Shown here in pieces: positions 8,201 through 23,200 of a stretch of 64,000 nucleotides of DNA. Where the stretch lies: positions 18,414,001 to 18,478,000 of the forward strand of contig OZ024765.1 of NCBI GenBank assembly GCA_964016885.1, read 5' to 3'. Position 1 is the first letter of the stretch. Every line of letters starts with the position of its first letter. The notes beneath the pieces are model-generated. The model saw nothing but the letters and a program-made list of their open reading frames with translations. It ran no database searches and was not told where the DNA came from. A program made the position numbers and the translations under genes. Origin of the DNA: Eledone cirrhosa. Its lineage: Eukaryota.

Positions 8201-11200
8201 CTTATTTGAAATATGCCATACCTAACTCCCGTGTCTGTGTGTGTGAAAAATATTCCAACTTAGAGCGACGTGCCCGTAAATTGTTTAGCCTGATTCCTAT
8301 ATATTGATAATGTGTAATATTTGAACCTTCATGGAGGGTCTTTGCCGTAATTTCCCGTAACTCCGACTAGAAGTCATTATGTAGTTTTTTCGTCCGTTAA
8401 AAATAATGATTAAAACAATTCTATATCCAGAGTTATATACACCCCTTCATCACATATTATATTATTTCCACCAATAACTACATTATATCCTTAAATATGA
8501 CACCAAGACATATAATTTGTAAATAAAAGATGAAATATTAAAACCTCAATTTTTAAATAATTTTACCCCTCCTTTGTGTTCTCAGTGTTTAGATTAACCC
8601 ATAATTTTATGATTTTGGAGCATATAACTTATAGTACCAGTCATGTACTGGGATCAATTTAACGGATTGGTTCCTCCCCGCAAATTACTTGACTTTTGCC
8701 TAAGTAAGACATACTCACAGAATGTATCGATGTATATGTATGAATGTATATATATATTAGTATATTTTATGTTTACAATAAAAATAGACAAACAATTTAA
8801 TGATAATATGAAATGAAATTATTATTATTTATTAATAATATTTTTATTGTTTTCACTGCATTAACTTCTGAGTGTGACTTTGTTTTTCTTACTATTTTCT
8901 ACTGTAAATGGCGGCTTAATTGGATTATTACTAAGGTTTACTGGATTGTGGTGTTTCTTTATTGTTTTATATTTCAATCAGTGGACATCAGGATAGCTTT
9001 CTATATACCTGGGATAAATGTAAAGAGTACTGACTTTCATCTGCAGTTCAATGGTGATGTCTTCTTATATTTTCATTTACTTCTGCAATACTGTATATTG
9101 TAGTCTTTTCATTATTTTAAATATTTCTATCATGTCACTCGTTTGATATATCTCCCCGAAAGATATAGTTATTCAGAGCTTTACATTGGAATAGTGTACT
9201 ACTATTTAAATATTAGTCCTTTAAATATATATTTCTATCATGCCCCCCCCCCCCCCACCCTCTTAGATTTATCTCCTCTAAATTTGCAATCCCTAAAGTT
9301 TAACATCTTTCTTCAGAAGACAGATTTCTTAATAATTCTGGTGTTTTCTGTTTTGTTCTTTTCTGGATTCCTTCAATAGCTTCTCCGTATTTTCTGAAGT
9401 CGTCTGACCATGCCCCAAAACAATATTCTAGGTCGTATCACACATATCATTCAACTAGTGTTTTAGACCTCTCGACATTTAGCTAGGCAAAGGAATGTTT
9501 TATTATTCCTATCATCTGAATTCCTTTTTTTTCTTCAACATGTTTAGCCATCTTTAAAATCATATTCATACATATTCACAATTCCTCGTGGAGGGGTATA
9601 AGAGACATGTATAAATATAGCTGCATATTACTACAAAATAACTTGAACCATATCGCGAAACATTTTGTAAAGTATCTCTGTAATTATTCTCATTTCGATT
9701 TTCTGTAGAATGTATTGACGTTTAAGATAGAGACAATTGCCCTTCTTCTAATAATCTCTTTGTCCATTCCATGTTTTAGTCTCACAAAATATTGTTAATG
9801 CAAGATTTTGCTCTAATGTAATAAATGTTACTTTTAAAAGAGCGAAGTTCTCAATTTTCTTCTTTCTCTTGTATATTGATATCTAAAGGATGACAAATGT
9901 ATGAATTATGTGATAGGGAGGAAAAAAGCCACGACCTTCTTCTCTCGTTACAGAATGCTAACTGACAACGTCTTTCGCAGGAGTGACTAGTACTACTGTC
10001 TTTTATATACCGTGACAACTGGAAAGACGTGACAAATAAGGATACACTCTGCTCTCCTTATCAACATTGTCCGAGTCTGAGGACCTTTCCTCCCTGGTTA
10101 AGGAGTGAGATAAAATATTAGGGATCAATCTCTAGCAATAATTTCATTAAATCATATTTAACCAGAGACTGTTATGTTGTGGTTGTTGCTATATTTTATA
10201 GTCGTGGTTTCAATGTTTAACAGTGGTTGTAGAATTAGCTTTATCTAATTATTATCAAACAAAACAGATTTATATATTGTCGCCGTTGTACGTTAAAATC
10301 ACATATATATTTATATACACACTAAGGATGGAGGGACGACGGAATTGAAAACCATTATTGCTGAGTACATCACGGCAAGATCTAATACACACACACACAC
10401 ACACACTCTCCCGTATATATTTAATAATCAGCTATGACCATGAAAAAGGTCCCTGTAGATCATCTGGTTGTAGGATCTAATGAACCCGAAAGAAAGTGAA
10501 AATATATTTTATGAAAGCCCCAGAAGAAGAAATGTAAACATTGACCCGATTATAGTAGAAATAAGAATGAGAAAGCCATGAACGCCAGCACATCTATTTT
10601 GCTTGGAAATTAAAAGTAGGTTTATAAATATTAATTTTTTCTTATGTTCTTGTATCTGTTTGGTAGGTGTTAGAGACTATGTAGACACTGATGTGGTGTT
10701 CAATCTCAGTCCGAATCTGTACTATATATTTTTAAATTTAAATTTTTCTCTAGTAAAGTAAAAAATGAAATTATTATCTATAGACTTTGACTGAAATCGA
10801 AACCCAGAGCAGATTCTTCACCGTCTCTAATACCTACAATTAGGCCACGGAGACAGATATAAAAACAGTGTGAAAATTAATATTTATAAAGTTACTTTTT
10901 TATTTTTGTTTTATACTATAAAAAATATAATACGACACACTGCCAGTGATTGAACCCAGGACATGAACATCCACCGGCTCTTATACTTACCACTAGGCTA
11001 AAGGGACGATTACAGAAACTTACTTAAAAATTGATATTTATAAACCTACTTTTTCATTACTAGAAAAAACCGGAAGTGGAGAAAATTGAAAAACATCTTC
11101 TTTTTCTTCCTCTGATTTTTTTTTATCCAAAATTTGGATTTAAGTCAGAGACGAGTTATCGTTCGTGGCAAAAATCAGAGGAAGAAAAAGAAGAAGTTTT

Positions 11201-14200
11201 TCAATTTTCTCCACTTCCGGTTTTTTCTAGTATAGGTAAGTAAATATTAATTTAAAAAAAATTTTTGTAACCGTCCCTGTGGCCTAATGGTAAGCACTAG
11301 AGACGGTGGAGATCCTGATTTAGGGTTCGATTTCCGTTAGGTTTTATACTATTAACTGCGTATTTGTTTCTTTTATTTAAGTAAGATTTGAACTAATAAT
11401 GCTGTACTTTGTAGTAATGTCCCATATTATATTCAACATATTTTAATTAAAATTTATTTTTTTTATAAAAGAAAGAACAAAAAACCTTATTGAAATTAAG
11501 AAATGAATTTTATTCAGTAAAGTTGTTTTTATTTTGTTTTCACTTCATTAACTGCTGAATACGTCTTTTGTTTTTGTTTTTGATTCTTTCTAACCATTGT
11601 TTACTGTGAATGGTGACTGCAACGAACCTGGATTATTACCAAGTTTCACTGGATGATTGTATTATTTTGTTGTCAGTGGACATCTGGACATCTATCTAAA
11701 TACCTGGAATAAACACAAGGTGTATGTTTTACGTAACATTTCATTTTAATGTCTGATGTTCCTGTATTTCACATTTAAAATGTAACCAAAAATAAACAAG
11801 ACAGGGACGCTACATCAAAATAAACCACACAGACGAGGTACGAATAATCTAAAATTAATTTTAACAAACTATAAACGATGTTTAAAGAGAGACGAACATT
11901 AAAATAGGATTTCAAACAAACACGTAAACACAAAGACAATTACAGCCGCCATAATCTAATATCTGAAGATCAACATTTTTCACGATAGAAATAAAACTAA
12001 ATATGTAAAGTTTAGTGGCCCCTGATTTACTTGCTTTTAATTTCATTTTGATAATCTGTATTCTGTAGACATATATTTATGATTTTAATGATGAAATTTC
12101 CTCTTGTCTTTAAAAGATTATTACTTATAAAAATTATAATAGTCACCTCCTCCTCTCGATTAATATGTAGCTTACCCACAGGGGTTCCTCAACTGGGCGG
12201 TTTCAACTGTTGGGTGCGCGATGAGCAGCTGAACAGAAAATTGAGGGCCATTGGAAACTTTGGTGGCCGATATAGAATTTTGAGATTTAAGAAGGTATGC
12301 TACCCGAAAACCTATTCAAGGAATATATGTAAAGAACCTGAATAAAAATCAGGAAGCTAATTGGGAAAATTAAACCAGGAACAAACATTTACGAAACATA
12401 TTTGGTATACTTTGAAATATTTACTATACAGGTGACTGGTGGAACATTTTTTCATGTGAATGTGGGAAATGACGCCAAAATATTTGGCAACCCTTGGCTC
12501 ACAACTTACTAAATGTTCTGGAGACAAGCCTCTTCGCTATATATCATAGTTCTTCAATCCTTCATCTTCCACAGTTGGTGAAGTATTTCGATTTGATATG
12601 ACGATCGCAGAGTTAGATTTAGAACGTGGTGGCGTTCATGGGTTTCTTAGTGTTGTTACTAGAAAGGGTCGACTCTGTCTTTCACACTTCAGGTTTTTTC
12701 ATGAATTAAATATCCATTTTCTTTCTGATCGGTCTAACAATGATTTGAACCTACAATGACTCCGTCTGTAATAATGTTCTCTTATTTGAAATATGCCATA
12801 CCTAACTCCCGTGTCTGTGTGTGTGAAAAATATTCCAACTTAGAGCGACGTGCCCGTAAATTGTTTAGCCTGATTCCTATATATTGATAATGTGTAATAT
12901 TTGAACCTTCATGGAGGGTCTTTGCCGTAATTTCCCGTAACTCCGACTAGAAGTCATTATGTAGTTTTTTCGTCCGTTAAAAATAATGATTAAAACAATT
13001 CTATATCCAGAGTTATATACACCCCTTCATCACATATTATATTATTTCCACCAATAACTACATTATATCCTTAAATATGACACCAAGACATATAATTTGT
13101 AAATAAAAGATGAAATATTAAAACCTCAATTTTTAAATAATTTTACCCCTCCTTTGTGTTCTCAGTGTTTAGATTAACCCATAATTTTATGATTTTGGAG
13201 CATATAACTTATAGTACCAGTCATGTACTGGGATCAATTTAACGGATTGGTTCCTCCCCGCAAATTACTTGACTTTTGCCTAAGTAAGACATACTCACAG
13301 AATGTATCGATGTATATGTATGAATGTATATATATATTAGTATATTTTATGTTTACAATAAAAATAGACAAACAATTTAATGATAATATGAAATGAAATT
13401 ATTATTATTTATTAATAATATTTTTATTGTTTTCACTGCATTAACTTCTGAGTGTGACTTTGTTTTTCTTACTATTTTCTACTGTAAATGGCGGCTTAAT
13501 TGGATTATTACTAAGGTTTACTGGATTGTGGTGTTTCTTTATTGTTTTATATTTCAATCAGTGGACATCAGGATAGCTTTCTATATACCTGGGATAAATG
13601 TAAAGAGTACTGACTTTCATCTGCAGTTCAATGGTGATGTCTTCTTATATTTTCATTTACTTCTGCAATACTGTATATTGTAGTCTTTTCATTATTTTAA
13701 ATATTTCTATCATGTCACTCGTTTGATATATCTCCCCGAAAGATATAGTTATTCAGAGCTTTACATTGGAATAGTGTACTACTATTTAAATATTAGTCCT
13801 TTAAATATATATTTCTATCATGCCCCCCCCCCCCACCCTCTTAGATTTATCTCCTCTAAATTTGCAATCCCTAAAGTTTAACATCTTTCTTCAGAAGACA
13901 GATTTCTTAATAATTCTGGTGTTTTCTGTTTTGTTCTTTTCTGGATTCCTTCAATAGCTTCTCCGTATTTTCTGAAGTCGTCTGACCATGCCCCAAAACA
14001 ATATTCTAGGTCGTATCACACATATCATTCAACTAGTGTTTTAGACCTCTCGACATTTAGCTAGGCAAAGGAATGTTTTATTATTTCTATCATCTGAATT
14101 CCTTTTTTTTCTTCAACATGTTTAGCCATCTTTAAAATCATATTCATACATATTCACAATTCCTCGTGGAGGGGTATAAGAGACATGTATAAATATAGCT

Positions 14201-17200
14201 GCATATTACTACAAAATAACTTGAACCATATCGCGAAACATTTTGTAAAGTATCTCTGTAATTATTCTCATTTCGATTTTCTGTAGAATGTATTGACGTT
14301 TAAGATAGAGACAATTGCCCTTCTTCTAATAATCTCTTTGTCCATTCCATGTTTTAGTCTCACAAAATATTGTTAATGCAAGATTTTGCTCTAATGTAAT
14401 AAATGTTACTTTTAAAAGAGCGAAGTTCTCAATTTTCTTCTTTCTCTTGTATATTGATATCTAAAGGATGACAAATGTATGAATTATGTGATAGGGAGGA
14501 AAAAAGCCACGACCTTCTTCTCTCGTTACAGAATGCTAACTGACAACGTCTTTCGCAGGAGTGACTAGTACTACTGTCTTTTATATACCGTGACAACTGG
14601 AAAGACGTGACAAATAAGGATACACTCTGCTCTCCTTATCAACATTGTCCGAGTCTGAGGACCTTTCCTCCCTGGTTAAGGAGTGAGATAAAATATTAGG
14701 GATCAATCTCTAGCAATAATTTCATTAAATCATATTTAACCAGAGACTGTTATGTTGTGGTTGTTGCTATATTTTATAGTCGTGGTTTCAATGTTTAACA
14801 GTGGTTGTAGAATTAGCTTTATCTAATTATTATCAAACAAAACAGATTTATATATTGTCGCCGTTGTACGTTAAAATCACATATATATTTATATACACAC
14901 TAAGGATGGAGGGACGACGGAATTGAAAACCATTATTGCTGAGTACATCACGGCAAGATCTAATACACACACACACACACACACTCTCCCGTATATATTT
15001 AATAATCAGCTATGACCATGAAAAAGGTCCCTGTAGATCATCTGGTTGTAGGATCTAATGAACCCGAAAGAAAGTGAAAATATATTTTATGAAAGCCCCA
15101 GAAGAAGAAATGTAAACATTGACCCGATTATAGTAGAAATAAGAATGAGAAAGCCATGAACGCCAGCACATCTATTTTGCTTGGAAATTAAAAGTAGGTT
15201 TATAAATATTAATTTTTTCTTATGTTCTTGTATCTGTTTGGTAGGTGTTAGAGACTATGTAGACACTGATGTGGTGTTCAATCTCAGTCCGAATCTGTAC
15301 TATATATTTTTAAATTTAAATTTTTCTCTAGTAAAGTAAAAAATGAAATTATTATCTATAGACTTTGACTGAAATCGAAACCCAGAGCAGATTCTTCACC
15401 GTCTCTAATACCTACAATTAGGCCACGGAGACAGATATAAAAACAGTGTGAAAATTAATATTTATAAAGTTACTTTTTTATTTTTGTTTTATACTATAAA
15501 AAATATAATACGACACACTGCCAGTGATTGAACCCAGGACATGAACATCCACCGGCTCTTATACTTACCACTAGGCTAAAGGGACGATTACAGAAACTTA
15601 CTTAAAAATTGATATTTATAAACCTACTTTTTCATTACTAGAAAAAACCGGAAGTGGAGAAAATTGAAAAACATCTTCTTTTTCTTCCTCTGATTTTTTT
15701 TTATCCAAAATTTGGATTTAAGTCAGAGACGAGTTATCGTTCGTGGCAAAAATCAGAGGAAGAAAAAGAAGAAGTTTTTCAATTTTCTCCACTTCCGGTT
15801 TTTTCTAGTATAGGTAAGTAAATATTAATTTTCAAAAAATTTTTGTAACCGTCCCTGTGGCCTAATGGTAAGCACTAGAGACGGTGGAGATCCTGATTTA
15901 GGGTTCGATTTCCGTTAGGTTTTATACTATTAACTGCGTATTTGTTTCTTTTATTTAAGTAAGATTTGAACTAATAATGCTGTACTTTGTAGTAATGTCC
16001 CATATTATATTCAACATATTTTAATTAAAATTTATTTTTTTTATAAAAGAAAGAACAAAAAACCTTATTGAAATTAAGAAATGAATTTTATTCAGTAAAG
16101 TTGTTTTTATTTTGTTTTCACTTCATTAACTGCTGAATACGTCTTTTGTTTTTGTTTTTGATTCTTTCTAACCATTGTTTACTGTGAATGGTGACTGCAA
16201 CGAACCTGGATTATTACCAAGTTTCACTGGATGATTGTATTATTTTGTTGTCAGTGGACATCTGGACATCTATCTAAATACCTGGAATAAACACAAGGTG
16301 TATGTTTTACGTAACATTTCATTTTAATGTCTGATGTTCCTGTATTTCACATTTAAAATGTAACCAAAAATAAACAAGACAGGGACGCTACATCAAAATA
16401 AACCACACAGACGAGGTACGAATAATCTAAAATTAATTTTAACAAACTATAAACGATGTTTAAAGAGAGACGAACATTAAAATAGGATTTCAAACAAACA
16501 CGTAAACACAAAGACAATTACAGCCGCCATAATCTAATATCTGAAGATCAACATTTTTCACGATAGAAATAAAACTAAATATGTAAAGTTTAGTGGCCCC
16601 TGATTTACTTGCTTTTAATTTCATTTTGATAATCTGTATTCTGTAGACATATATTTATGATTTTAATGATGAAATTTCCTCTTGTCTTTAAAAGATTATT
16701 ACTTATAAAAATTATAATAGTCACCTCCTCCTCTCGATTAATATGTAGCTTACCCACAGGGGTTCCTCAACTGGGCGGTTTCAACTGTTGGGTGCGCGAT
16801 GAGCAGCTGAACAGAAAATTGAGGGCCATTGGAAACTTTGGTGGCCGATATAGAATTTTGAGATTTAAGAAGGTATGCTACCCGAAAACCTATTCAAGGA
16901 ATATATGTAAAGAACCTGAATAAAAATCAGGAAGCTAATTGGGAAAATTAAACCAGGAACAAACATTTACGAAACATATTTGGTATACTTTGAAATATTT
17001 ACTATACAGGTGACTGGTGGAACATTTTTTCATGTGAATGTGGGAAATGACGCCAAAATATTTGGCAACCCTTGGCTCACAACTTACTAAATGTTCTGGA
17101 GACAAGCCTCTTCGCTATATATCATAGTTCTTCAATCCTTCATCTTCCACAGTTGGTGAAGTATTTCGATTTGATATGACGATCGCAGAGTTAGATTTAG

Positions 17201-20200
17201 AACGTGGTGGCGTTCATGGGTTTCTTAGTGTTGTTACTAGAAAGGGTCGACTCTGTCTTTCACACTTCAGGTTTTTTCATGAATTAAATATCCATTTTCT
17301 TTCTGATCGGTCTAACAATGATTTGAACCTACAATGACTCCGTCTGTAATAATGTTCTCTTATTTGAAATATGCCATACCTAACTCCCGTGTCTGTGTGT
17401 GTGAAAAATATTCCAACTTAGAGCGACGTGCCCGTAAATTGTTTAGCCTGATTCCTATATATTGATAATGTGTAATATTTGAACCTTCATGGAGGGTCTT
17501 TGCCGTAATTTCCCGTAACTCCGACTAGAAGTCATTATGTAGTTTTTTCGTCCGTTAAAAATAATGATTAAAACAATTCTATATCCAGAGTTATATACAC
17601 CCCTTCATCACATATTATATTATTTCCACCAATAACTACATTATATCCTTAAATATGACACCAAGACATATAATTTGTAAATAAAAGATGAAATATTAAA
17701 ACCTCAATTTTTAAATAATTTTACCCCTCCTTTGTGTTCTCAGTGTTTAGATTAACCCATAATTTTATGATTTTGGAGCATATAACTTATAGTACCAGTC
17801 ATGTACTGGGATCAATTTAACGGATTGGTTCCTCCCCGCAAATTACTTGACTTTTGCCTAAGTAAGACATACTCACAGAATGTATCGATGTATATGTATG
17901 AATGTATATATATATTAGTATATTTTATGTTTACAATAAAAATAGACAAACAATTTAATGATAATATGAAATGAAATTATTATTATTTATTAATAATATT
18001 TTTATTGTTTTCACTGCATTAACTTCTGAGTGTGACTTTGTTTTTCTTACTATTTTCTACTGTAAATGGCGGCTTAATTGGATTATTACTAAGGTTTACT
18101 GGATTGTGGTGTTTCTTTATTGTTTTATATTTCAATCAGTGGACATCAGGATAGCTTTCTATATACCTGGGATAAATGTAAAGAGTACTGACTTTCATCT
18201 GCAGTTCAATGGTGATGTCTTCTTATATTTTCATTTACTTCTGCAATACTGTATATTGTAGTCTTTTCATTATTTTAAATATTTCTATCATGTCACTCGT
18301 TTGATATATCTCCCCGAAAGATATAGTTATTCAGAGCTTTACATTGGAATAGTGTACTACTATTTAAATATTAGTCCTTTAAATATATATTTCTATCATG
18401 TCCCCCCCCCCACCCCCACCCTCTTAGGTTTATCTCCTCTAAATTTGCAATCCCTAAAGTTTAACATCTTTCTTCAGAAGACAGATTTCTTAATAATTCT
18501 GGTGTTTTCTGTTTTGTTCTTTTCTGGATTCCTTCAATAGCTTCTCCGTATTTTCTGAAGTCGTCTGACCATGCCCCAAAACAATATTCTAGGTCGTATC
18601 ACACATATCATTCAACTAGTGTTTTAGACCTCTCGACATTTAGCTAGGCAAAGGAATGTTTTATTATTCCTATCATCTGAATTCCTTTTTTTTCTTCAAC
18701 ATGTTTAGCCATCTTTAAAATCATATTCATACATATTCACAATTCCTCGTGGAGGGGTATAAGAGACATGTATAAATATAGCTGCATATTACTACAAAAT
18801 AACTTGAACCATATCGCGAAACATTTTGTAAAGTATCTCTGTAATTATTCTCATTTCGATTTTCTGTAGAATGTATTGACGTTTAAGATAGAGACAATTG
18901 CCCTTCTTCTAATAATCTCTTTGTCCATTCCATGTTTTAGTCTCACAAAATATTGTTAATGCAAGATTTTGCTCTAATGTAATAAATGTTACTTTTAAAA
19001 GAGCGAAGTTCTCAATTTTCTTCTTTCTCTTGTATATTGATATCTAAAGGATGACAAATGTATGAATTATGTGATAGGGAGGAAAAAAGCCACGACCTTC
19101 TTCTCTCGTTACAGAATGCTAACTGACAACGTCTTTCGCAGGAGTGACTAGTACTACTGCCTTTTATATACCGTGACAACTGGAAAGACGTGACAAATAA
19201 GGATACACTCTGCTCTCCTTATCAACATTGTCCGAGTCTGAGGACCTTTCCTCCCTGGTTAAGGAGTGAGATAAAATATTAGGGATCAATCTCTAGCAAT
19301 AATTTCATTAAATCATATTTAACCAGAGACTGTTATGTTGTGGTTGTTGCTATATTTTATAGTCGTGGTTTCAATGTTTAACAGGGGTTGTAGAATTAGC
19401 TTTATCTAATTATTATCAAACAAAACAGATTTATATATTGTCGCCGTTGTACGTTAAAATCACATATATATTTATATACACACTAAGGATGGAGGGACGA
19501 CGGAATTGAAAACCATTATTGCTGAGTACATCACGGCAAGATCTAATACACACACACACACACACTCTCCCGTATATATTTAATAATCAGCTATGACCAT
19601 GAAGAAGGTCCCTGTAGATCATCTGGTTGTAGGATCTAATGAACCCGAAAGAAAGTGAAAATATATTTTATGAAAGCCCCAGAAGAATAAATGTAAACAT
19701 TGACCCGATTATAGTAGAAATAAGAATGAGAAAGCCATGAACGCCAGCACATCTATTTTGCTTGGAAATTAAAAGTAGGTTTATAAATATTAATTTTTTC
19801 TTATGTTCTTGTATCTGTTTGGTAGGTGTTAGAGACTATGTAGACACTGATGTGGTGTTCAATCTCAGTCCGAATCTGTACTATATATTTTTAAATTTAA
19901 ATTTTTCTCTAGTAAAGTAAAAAATGAAATTATTATCTATAGACTTTGACTGAAATCGAAACCCAGAGCAGATTCTTCACCGTCTCTAATACCTACAATT
20001 AGGCCACGGAGACAGATATAAAAACAGTGTGAAAATTAATATTTATAAAGTTACTTTTTTATTTTTGTTTTATACTATAAAAAATATAATACGACACACT
20101 GCCAGTGATTGAACCCAGGACATGAACATCCACCGGCTCTTATACTTACCACTAGGCTAAAGGGACGATTACAGAAACTTACTTAAAAATTGATATTTAT

Positions 20201-23200
20201 AAACCTACTTTTTCATTACTAGAAAAAACCGGAAGTGGAGAAAATTGAAAAACATCTTCTTTTTCTTCCTCTGATTTTTTTTTATCCAAAATTTGGATTT
20301 AAGTCAGAGACGAGTTATCGTTCGTGGCAAAAATCAGAGGAAGAAAAAGAAGAAGTTTTTCAATTTTCTCCACTTCCGGTTTTTTCTAGTATAGGTAAGT
20401 AAATATTAATTTTCAAAAAATTTTTGTAACCGTCCCTGTGGCCTAATGGTAAGCACTAGAGACGGTGGAGATCCTGATTTAGGGTTCGATTTCCGTTAGG
20501 TTTTATACTATTAACTGCGTATTTGTTTCTTTTATTTAAGTAAGATTTGAACTAATAATGCTGTACTTTGTAGTAATGTCCCATATTATATTCAACATAT
20601 TTTAATTAAAATTTATTTTTTTTATAAAAGAAAGAACAAAAAACCTTATTGAAATTAAGAAATGAATTTTATTCAGTAAAGTTGTTTTTATTTTGTTTTC
20701 ACTTCATTAACTGCTGAATACGTCTTTTGTTTTTGTTTTTGATTCTTTCTAACCATTGTTTACTGTGAATGGTGACTGCAACGAACCTGGATTATTACCA
20801 AGTTTCACTGGATGATTGTATTATTTTGTTGTCAGTGGACATCTGGACATCTATCTAAATACCTGGAATAAACACAAGGTGTATGTTTTACGTAACATTT
20901 CATTTTAATGTCTGATGTTCCTGTATTTCACATTTAAAATGTAACCAAAAATAAACAAGACAGGGACGCTACATCAAAATAAACCACACAGACGAGGTAC
21001 GAATAATCTAAAATTAATTTTAACAAACTATAAACGATGTTTAAAGAGAGACGAACATTAAAATAGGATTTCAAACAAACACGTAAACACAAAGACAATT
21101 ACAGCCGCCATAATCTAATATCTGAAGATCAACATTTTTCACGATAGAAATAAAACTAAATATGTAAAGTTTAGTGGCCCCTGATTTACTTGCTTTTAAT
21201 TTCATTTTGATAATCTGTATTCTGTAGACATATATTTATGATTTTAATGATGAAATTTCCTCTTGTCTTTAAAAGATTATTACTTATAAAAATTATAATA
21301 GTCACCTCCTCCTCTCGATTAATATGTAGCTTACCCACAGGGGTTCCTCAACTGGGCGGTTTCAACTGTTGGGTGCGCGATGAGCAGCTGAACAGAAAAT
21401 TGAGGGCCATTGGAAACTTTGGTGGCCGATATAGAATTTTGAGATTTAAGAAGGTATGCTACCCGAAAACCTATTCAAGGAATATATGTAAAGAACCTGA
21501 ATAAAAATCAGGAAGCTAATTGGGAAAATTAAACCAGGAACAAACATTTACGAAACATATTTGGTATACTTTGAAATATTTACTATACAGGTGACTGGTG
21601 GAACATTTTTTCATGTGAATGTGGGAAATGACGCCAAAATATTTGGCAACCCTTGGCTCACAACTTACTAAATGTTCTGGAGACAAGCCTCTTCGCTATA
21701 TATCATAGTTCTTCAATCCTTCATCTTCCACAGTTGGTGAAGTATTTCGATTTGATATGACGATCGCAGAGTTAGATTTAGGACGTGGTGGCGTTCATGG
21801 GTTTCTTAGTGTTGTTACTAGAAAGGGTCGACTCTGTCTTTCACACTTCAGGTTTTTTCATGAATTAAATATCCATTTTCTTTCTGATCGGTCTAACAAT
21901 GATTTGAACCTACAATGACTCCGTCTGTAATAATGTTCTCTTATTTGAAATATGCCATACCTAACTCCCGTGTCTGTGTGTGTGAAAAATATTCCAACTT
22001 AGAGCGACGTGCCCGTAAATTGTTTAGCCTGATTCCTATATATAGATAATGTGTAATATTTGAACCTTCATGGAGGGTCTTTGCCGTAATTTCCCGTAAC
22101 TCCGACTAGAAGTCATTATGTAGTTTTTTCGTCCGTTAAAAATAATGATTAAAACAATTCTATATCCAGAGTTATATACACCCCTTCATCACATATTATA
22201 TTATTTCCACCAATAACTACATTATATCCTTAAATATGACACCAAGACATATAATTTGTAAATAAAAGATGAAATATTAAAACCTCAATTTTTAAATAAT
22301 TTTACCCCACCTTTGTGTTCTCAGTGTTTAGATTAACCCATAATTTTATGATTTTGGAGCATATAACTTATAGTACCAGTCATGTACTGGGATCAATTTA
22401 ACGGATTGGTTCCTCCCCGCAAATTACTTGACATTTGCCTAAGTAAGACATACTCACAGAATGTATCGATGTATATGTATGAATGTATATATATATTAGT
22501 ATATTTTATGTTTACAATAAAAATAGACAAACAATTTAATGATAATATGAAATGAAATTATTATTATTTATTAATAATATTTTTATTGTTTTCACTGCAT
22601 TAACTTCTGAGTGTGACTTTGTTTTTCTTACTATTTTCTACTGTAAATGGCGGCTTAATTGGATTATTACTAAGGTTTACTGGATTGTGGTGTTTCTTTA
22701 TTGTTTTATATTTCAATCAGTGGACATCAGGATAGCTTTCTATATACCTGGGATAAATGTAAAGAGTACTGACTTTCATCTGCAGTTCAATGGTGATGTC
22801 TTCTTATATTTTCATTTACTTCTGCAATACTGTATATTGTAGTCTTTTCATTATTTTAAATATTTCTATCATGTCACTCGTTTGATATATCTCCCCGAAA
22901 GATATAGTTATTCAGAGCTTTACATTGGAATAGTGTACTACTATTTAAATATTAGTCCTTTAAATATATATTTCTATCATGTCCCCCCCCCCCACCCCCA
23001 CCCTCTTAGGTTTATCTCCTCTAAATTTGCAATCCCTAAAGTTTAACATCTTTCTTCAGAAGACAGATTTCTTAATAATTCTGGTGTTTTCTGTTTTGTT
23101 CTTTTCTGGATTCCTTCAATAGCTTCTCCGTATTTTCTGAAGTCGTCTGACCATGCCCCAAAACAATATTCTAGGTCGTATCACACATATCATTCAACTA